From assembly GCA_963664225.1 (NCBI GenBank), contig OY760937.1, positions 192,001-256,000 of the forward strand: 64,000 bases of DNA. Direction: 5' to 3'. A program made the position numbers and the translations under genes. Source of the stretch: Verrucomicrobiia bacterium. Lineage in GTDB: Bacteria > Verrucomicrobiota > Verrucomicrobiia > Limisphaerales > UBA1319. Shown piece after piece: positions 58,579-64,000 of this stretch. The notes beneath the pieces are model-generated. The model worked only from the letters and a program-made list of their open reading frames with translations, did no database searches and was not told the origin of the DNA. Position 1 is the stretch's first letter. Every line of letters starts with the position of its first letter.

Positions 58579-59802
58579 ATGACCCTGCTCGATGAAATAC
58601 GTGAATCCACCTGGGTTTCACTGGGAGCGCTCCGGGCCAACAAAATGCGCTCCGCCCTTACCACACTGGGTATTGTCATTGGCATTGTCACGGTGACTCT
58701 GATGGGTACCGCCATTGAAGGTCTGGACAAGGCTTTCATGAAAAGCATTTCGTCGATTGGATCCGATGTGCTTTATATCGAACGTTTTTCGTGGTTTGGA
58801 AATGAAGAGTGGTGGAAGATGCGCAACCGTAGGGAAATCCTCCTTCCGGACGCGCATGAAGTGGCCCGACAATCAGTTCTGGCGGTGGCGGTGACACCGA
58901 TGGCGGATACTTTTAGAACCGTAAAGTATAACAATCGTAGTGCAAGCGCGGTGCAAATCGTGGGGTGCTCCTCTGAAGCGGCCGTCGTGAGCAGTTTATC
59001 GCTCACAGCGGGACGGTTTATGTCTGGCGCAGAGGTGGACGGAGTGCGTCCAGTCTGCGTGTTGGGCGCGGATTTGGCGGCGAATTTTTTCCCGCACGAA
59101 TCTCCTTTGGGCAAAAAGATACGGATTGGCGATTCGCCATATGAAGTGGTGGGCGTGCTCGACAAGTTAGGTTCCTTCATGGGTTTGTTTAACCTGGATA
59201 ACCGGGTCATGGTTCCCATCACCCGGTTTTTAACCGATCTGACCCGCTGGCCGGATGTGACCATTGCGGTCAAGGTCCGAGACATGAAGGGCATCGATGA
59301 GGCGTCGGAGGAATTGCGGGGAATCATGCGCAAAATCCGAAGGCTGCCGCCTGGAATGCCTGATGATTTTGCCATCAACCAGCAGGATGCCTTCATCAAA
59401 ACCTTTAAAAAGCTGGGAGGCACCATTGCCACGGTGGGTTTGTTCATCACGGGCCTGTCCCTCTTCGTCGGCGGGATTGGCATCATGAATATCATGTTTG
59501 TGTCGGTGGCGGAGCGGACACGCGAGATTGGATTGCGCAAGGCATTGGGGGCGAAGCGCAGGAACATTCTCATGCAATTTCTGACAGAGGCGGCGGCGAT
59601 CTGCCTGTTTGGAGGAGTTCTGGCCTTGGTTATTGCCTATCCTCTGAGTTTATTGATTGCGCAGCAACTGCCCACAAGCATGTCCTGGCGCATCGTGGCG
59701 CTGGCCTTGGGGGTGTCGCTGGTAACCGGGGTGGTCTCCGGTTTTCTGCCCGCCTGGCGCGCGGCCCGGATGAATCCTGTGGATGCCTTGAGAAATGAAT
59801 AA
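58579..59802 (+). CDS. ABC transporter permease (MacB/FtsX-like)
   Basis: RSALTTLGIVIG, GGIGIMNIM.VSV.ERTREIG, PVDALR. Confidence 0.93.
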   Translation: MTLLDEIRESTWVSLGALRANKMRSALTTLGIVIGIVTVTLMGTAIEGLDKAFMKSISSIGSDVLYIERFSWFGNEEWWKMRNRREILLPDAHEVARQSVLAVAVTPMADTFRTVKYNNRSASAVQIVGCSSEAAVVSSLSLTAGRFMSGAEVDGVRPVCVLGADLAANFFPHESPLGKKIRIGDSPYEVVGVLDKLGSFMGLFNLDNRVMVPITRFLTDLTRWPDVTIAVKVRDMKGIDEASEELRGIMRKIRRLPPGMPDDFAINQQDAFIKTFKKLGGTIATVGLFITGLSLFVGGIGIMNIMFVSVAERTREIGLRKALGAKRRNILMQFLTEAAAICLFGGVLALVIAYPLSLLIAQQLPTSMSWRIVALALGVSLVTGVVSGFLPAWRAARMNPVDALRNE

Positions 59803-59811
59803 GGACGCCTC

Positions 59812-61050
59812 GTGAAACTGGCCGCTGAAATCGTCGAGAGCTTTAATATGGCCATGGGCGCATTAACCGCCCATAAGCTCCGTTCCGCGCTTACGCTGCT
59901 GGGCGTGCTCATCGGCGTCTTTTCGATCATCGTCGTGATGACCGCGATGCGCGCGCTGCAGAACGTGATGGAAAAGGAGCTAAGCCAATTGGGGTCCCAA
60001 ACATTCATTGTGCAGAAATGGCCAGGCATCTATGTGGGCGGGCCCGAGGGGTGGGAGAAATTCTGGCGGCGGCAAAACCTTCGCTTTCCGCTGGCTTTAC
60101 AGCTCAAGGAAAGAGCCACACTGGCGGTGGGGGTCGGCGCGCAAACCGGTTTATGGGATGGAGAAGTGATGTCACGCTATGACAAAACCAACCCCAATGT
60201 TCAAATGCTTGGAGTCACCCCGGAAATTTTTTCGGCGCGCAACTGGGAGTTGGACGAAGGCCGCGCCCTCCTGGCGAGCGATCTCGATAGTTGCCGCAAT
60301 GTATGCGTGTTGGGCAGCAGCCTGGCGAAAAAACTGTTTCCTCACTCCTCCGCCTTGCGGGAGAACGTAAAATTCAATGGAGTTAATTATGCCGTTGTGG
60401 GTGTGCTTGCCGCCAAAGGGGGCATGGGCGGCGACCAGGATAATTTCCTGGCCATTCCATTGACCACCGGCCTGAACCGTTACGGACGCGATCGCAGTCT
60501 CGAAATTGTGGTTCAAGCCCGCAACCAAGCTCTCTACGATGATACAGTGGAACAGGTTCGTGGCGTTCTGCGGACTCTTCGCAAGGTACCCCCGATCAAG
60601 GAGGACGATTTTGAAATCGTTTCCAACGATTCCCTCATCAAACAATTCAAAAGCATCACTCTTGCGGTGCGCATCGGGGTAACGGTCGTCAGTTCCATTG
60701 CATTGCTGGCCGCTGGAATCGGTATCATGAACATCATGCTGGTGTCGGTAACCGAACGCACCCGCGAGATCGGCGTGCGACGTGCTGTGGGAGCGAAAAA
60801 GCGCAACATCATGACCCAATTCATCATGGAGGCCATCGCCATTTGCGAAGTGGGGGGCGTGGCGGGCGTCCTGCTTGGAGTGGGCGGCGGCAATCTGGTG
60901 GCGAGCTATTTGAAAGTGCCGCCCGTGATACCGGTGGATTGGGTGGTGATTGGCCTGGTGATTTGCTCGATTGTGGGAATTGTATTTGGCACCTACCCGG
61001 CTTTTAAAGCGGCCAATCTCGATCCCATCGATTCATTGCGGTACGAATAG
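59812..61050 (+). CDS. ABC transporter permease (MacB/FtsX-like), second copy
   Basis: RSALTLLGVLIG, GIGIMNIMLVSVTERTREIG, PIDSLRYE. Confidence 0.93.
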   Translation: MKLAAEIVESFNMAMGALTAHKLRSALTLLGVLIGVFSIIVVMTAMRALQNVMEKELSQLGSQTFIVQKWPGIYVGGPEGWEKFWRRQNLRFPLALQLKERATLAVGVGAQTGLWDGEVMSRYDKTNPNVQMLGVTPEIFSARNWELDEGRALLASDLDSCRNVCVLGSSLAKKLFPHSSALRENVKFNGVNYAVVGVLAAKGGMGGDQDNFLAIPLTTGLNRYGRDRSLEIVVQARNQALYDDTVEQVRGVLRTLRKVPPIKEDDFEIVSNDSLIKQFKSITLAVRIGVTVVSSIALLAAGIGIMNIMLVSVTERTREIGVRRAVGAKKRNIMTQFIMEAIAICEVGGVAGVLLGVGGGNLVASYLKVPPVIPVDWVVIGLVICSIVGIVFGTYPAFKAANLDPIDSLRYE

Positions 61051-61105
61051 CCGCAGTCGATTTTCTTGTTCGTGTGGAACAATGTGACTTGGAATTTTGA
61101 CGCCT

Positions 61106-62417
61106 ATGAAGAGCAACTTGCCGTTGGTGTTTACCTTGGGATTGGCGTTGAGCGGAAGCCTGATGGCCGCGCCACGGGAATACAAACCGTATTTTGATGC
61201 GTTCGTCTGGAAGTCTGAGCCGCCGGCAGACTGCCCGTTCCCGCCTTCGAACGAAATTACCGGCATTCGGTTTACCGGGGTGCATAGCGATTATCACTTT
61301 GCCGACACGTGGTATCCGACCTGGGCGGCGGACGGCAACCTCTACTCTCCATTCACGGATGGCAGTGTCTGGGAGGATGGCTCCAATTCAGATGGCTTTT
61401 CCTTTACAGAGAGCGACGGGATGGGGGTCTATCACACGGCGTTGCGAAAGGCGACCACTGGTCAGGCGGTGTTGATGGGGGATGATCCGTTGAATCTGAC
61501 GGTCAAAAGTCTCGGCACGGTCGCGGCGGACCCGTATCCATATGGTGGACGTTATCCCTGCGGCAGCCTGTTGAAAGGCGGCATCTGGTATTACGGGACT
61601 TATTGCTTGTCGCCTCACGATGACCCGGTTTGGCGAAACGGTCTATAATTGGCCATGGCTTGGGCCTCTGGTGGGCTTTCGCATCTCTCGTGATTTCGGC
61701 AAAACCTGGACGGAAACGACGCACACCCCTGCGAAACCGCTTTTTGGCGAATCGGGCATGTGGGGGTATCCTGTGAAGATTGGATCCCCGCATTTTGTGG
61801 ATTTTGGCAAGGATATGGAGCATTCCCCGGATGGGAAGGCCTACCTTGTGGCGCACGGCGCGGTGTATCCGGACGCGAGGCCACGGTTTGAGAATTTGAG
61901 TTGGATTACGGGGGACCAGGTCTATTTGCTTCGCGTCATTCCGACCCCGGAGAACATCAATGACGCCTCGCAATATGAGTTTTTTGGAGGCAATTCCAAT
62001 AATGGCGAGGCGATCTGGACTCGGGATTTCAAGCAGATCAAGCCGCTGGTGGAATGGAATAACAACATGGGTTGCGTGACCATGACCTACAATGCTCCAC
62101 TTAAGAAATACATGATGTGCGTGACTGATGGGGGCAACACCTGCGCCAAAATGAATTCCTACATTCTCGAGTCGAGCCGCATCAATGGTCCCTGGAAGAT
62201 GGTGTCGTACATGAAAACCTTCGGGGAGCAGGGTTACTTTGTGAACATTCCCTCGAAGTTTATTTCGAAGGACGGGCGTGCTTCATGGCTCTGTTACTCG
62301 GCAAATTTCGCGCCGAATTGGAATGGGGAGAAGATCGAATCTAAACCACCGGGCAGCCATTACGGTTTGGTGTTACAGGAATTTCAGTGGCTCGACAAGC
62401 GGTTGAATAAGGATTAA
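61106..62417 (+). pseudogene. Secreted DUF4185-like/propeller protein split by a frameshift near 61618 (or a sequencing error)
   Basis: Signal-bearing ORF ending 61648 and ORF 61620-62417 overlap in different frames and read as one protein (YYGTYCLSP / TRFGETVYNWPW). Confidence 0.65.
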
Positions 62418-62587
62418 GAAAACGGCAATGAGCCTATTCCACGGCAAATTCGTGATACGACGTTATGCGGATGGGGTTTGATCCCCAACCAAACGCAGCA
62501 AATGCAAGGGCAGGAGGGGGTGTGGAGAGCAAGGTGGTGGGGCAATTATGCGCTTTTCATTCCCATATATCCGATTAGAATTTCAAC

Positions 62588-63274
62588 ATGAAACATGCTG
62601 GCAAAGCAGGGCAGGCGGGACGGCGGATGATCTTGTGGACGCTGATCCTGATCGTGGCCATTCTGGGAGGTGGTCTCTGCGCCATTGTGCTGGGATCGTT
62701 GATCGCGATGGCAACCTCATTCCTCATCGGAATGTGGTTCTTGTTTGCGTTGTTTACGTTGTATTTTTTTCGCGATCCCACGCCGGCGGTGCCCAAAGGG
62801 CAGGGGCTGTATTTGAGCCCTTGTCACGGCACCGTGACGATCATCGATGAGGTCGAGGAACCCGAATTCATGCGCGGACGTTGCCAGCGCATCTCGGTTT
62901 TTCTGTCGATTTTCGATGTGCATGTTCAAAAAGCCCCGGTTTCGGGCAGTGTCTCTTACATGCAATATCATGAGGGCGAGTTTCTCAACGCCCTGAAGCC
63001 CGAGTCCGCCGCGAGAAATGAGAATATTCTCATTGGATTTGATTCGTCCGAGGATCCTGGAGAGCGCATCGGGATGCGGCTAATCGCCGGGGTGATCGCG
63101 CGGCGGATAGTGCCGTGGATTGAGGAAGGGGATGCCGTGGAACGCGGTGAGCGGATTAGTTTGATCCAATTTGGTTCGCGCTGCGATCTTTATGTGCCGC
63201 TAACGGCCAGGATCGATGCGAAACTCGGAGACAAGGTAATTGGAGGCCAGACTATTTTGGCCAGGCGCGGGTAA
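62588..63274 (+). CDS. psd: Phosphatidylserine decarboxylase proenzyme
   Basis: YFFRDP, FLSIFDVH, RNE, IAGVIARRI, FGSRCD cleavage motif. Confidence 0.92.
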   Translation: MKHAGKAGQAGRRMILWTLILIVAILGGGLCAIVLGSLIAMATSFLIGMWFLFALFTLYFFRDPTPAVPKGQGLYLSPCHGTVTIIDEVEEPEFMRGRCQRISVFLSIFDVHVQKAPVSGSVSYMQYHEGEFLNALKPESAARNENILIGFDSSEDPGERIGMRLIAGVIARRIVPWIEEGDAVERGERISLIQFGSRCDLYVPLTARIDAKLGDKVIGGQTILARRG

Positions 63275-63281
63275 TAATATT

Positions 63282-64000
63282 ATGGCGGACGATTCGCACC
63301 AATCGGTTGAAGCGCAGGACGACGATGGAAAGCTGAGGATTTACCTCCTGCCAAATCTGTTTACGGCGGGCAATCTTTTCTGCGGTTTTCTGGCATTGAC
63401 GAAGATTGTCGAAGCCAATATCGCTTCCGACAATTTCAATGACGTGATACGTCACGCCCTGTTATTCATTTTTCTGGCCTGCATTTGCGACATGCTCGAT
63501 GGGCGGGTGGCGCGCTTGGGCGGTTACGAAAGCCCGTTTGGACGGGAATTTGATTCGCTGGCGGACATTATTTCGTTTGGCGTGGCTCCGGCATTTCTGG
63601 TTCACCGCGTGGTGCTGCACGATGTGTTTCAAAAGCATCCTGAAGTCGGGTGGTTCATTGCGTCGGTGTATCTGATTTGCGGGGCGTTGCGGTTGGCGCG
63701 TTTTAATTGTTACGCTGCAATGCCGCATTCGAAAGGCGGCAGCGACTTTATGGGTTTTCCCATTCCGGCTGCGGCGGGTGTCGTGGCGTCCATCACGCTC
63801 TTTTTGCTGTGGTGGGATGAACGGGATTTTGCAAAAGGGACATGGCGGTATCTCCTTCCTTTCATCATGGTCTTTGTATCTGTAATGATGGTTAGCGAGG
63901 TTAAATATCCTTCGTTCAAGCATCTGGATTGGAGAACCAAACGCACGTTTGCGCGCATGGCCGTGGTGATACTGGTCATCGGTTTCTTCCTGATTTTGTG
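63282..64000 (+). CDS. pssA: CDP-diacylglycerol--serine O-phosphatidyltransferase, runs off the window end
   Basis: Translated by hand: YLLPNLFTAGNLFCGF, DMLDGRVAR, FGREFDSLADIISFGVAP, LRLARFN. Confidence 0.93.
   Translation, partial: MADDSHQSVEAQDDDGKLRIYLLPNLFTAGNLFCGFLALTKIVEANIASDNFNDVIRHALLFIFLACICDMLDGRVARLGGYESPFGREFDSLADIISFGVAPAFLVHRVVLHDVFQKHPEVGWFIASVYLICGALRLARFNCYAAMPHSKGGSDFMGFPIPAAAGVVASITLFLLWWDERDFAKGTWRYLLPFIMVFVSVMMVSEVKYPSFKHLDWRTKRTFARMAVVILVIGFFLIL

Overview
GC-rich bacterial chromosomal DNA. Gene style (TSP3-like DxDxDG tails, PQQ-propeller proteins, insertion-bearing Obg) suggests a Verrucomicrobia/PVC organism; this is inference only. The backbone is housekeeping and metabolic: rplU-rpmA-obgE, tRNA-Ser(GCT), GH92, fcl, fkp, Tat-signalled Mn/Fe SOD, trxB, hisD-hisC-exeAB-like cluster, OPT, pta-hisC2-argA, glgP, rlmN, a MacAB-like ABC exporter and psd-pssA. 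Four accessory zones interrupt it. (1) 1-2520: a Y1/HUH (TnpA/RAYT-like) gene flanked by inverted REP-hairpin-REP units. A 1738-bp DDE IS sits in one unit, with perfect 15-bp TIRs and a 22-bp target duplication that equals the hairpin. Its transposase appears to be made by a -1 frameshift fusing an AbrB-like ORF to the DDE domain. This is the most striking system here. (2) 7.4-8.4 kb: eroded integron-like cassettes. (3) 11.2-14.3 kb: a 172-bp REP tandem and a gene bracketed by duplicated segments, whose coding part differs only at synonymous sites. (4) 26.4-31.8 kb: a multi-family REP cluster, an XRE-HTH plus nonsense-disrupted ImmA/IrrE pair between ~400-bp direct repeats, a MITE-like element, and an integrase-less attC array carrying a JAB/MPN cassette. 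A structured leader with a 12-codon ORF and terminator precedes pta. All calls come from reading the sequence and recognising motifs; no searches were run.
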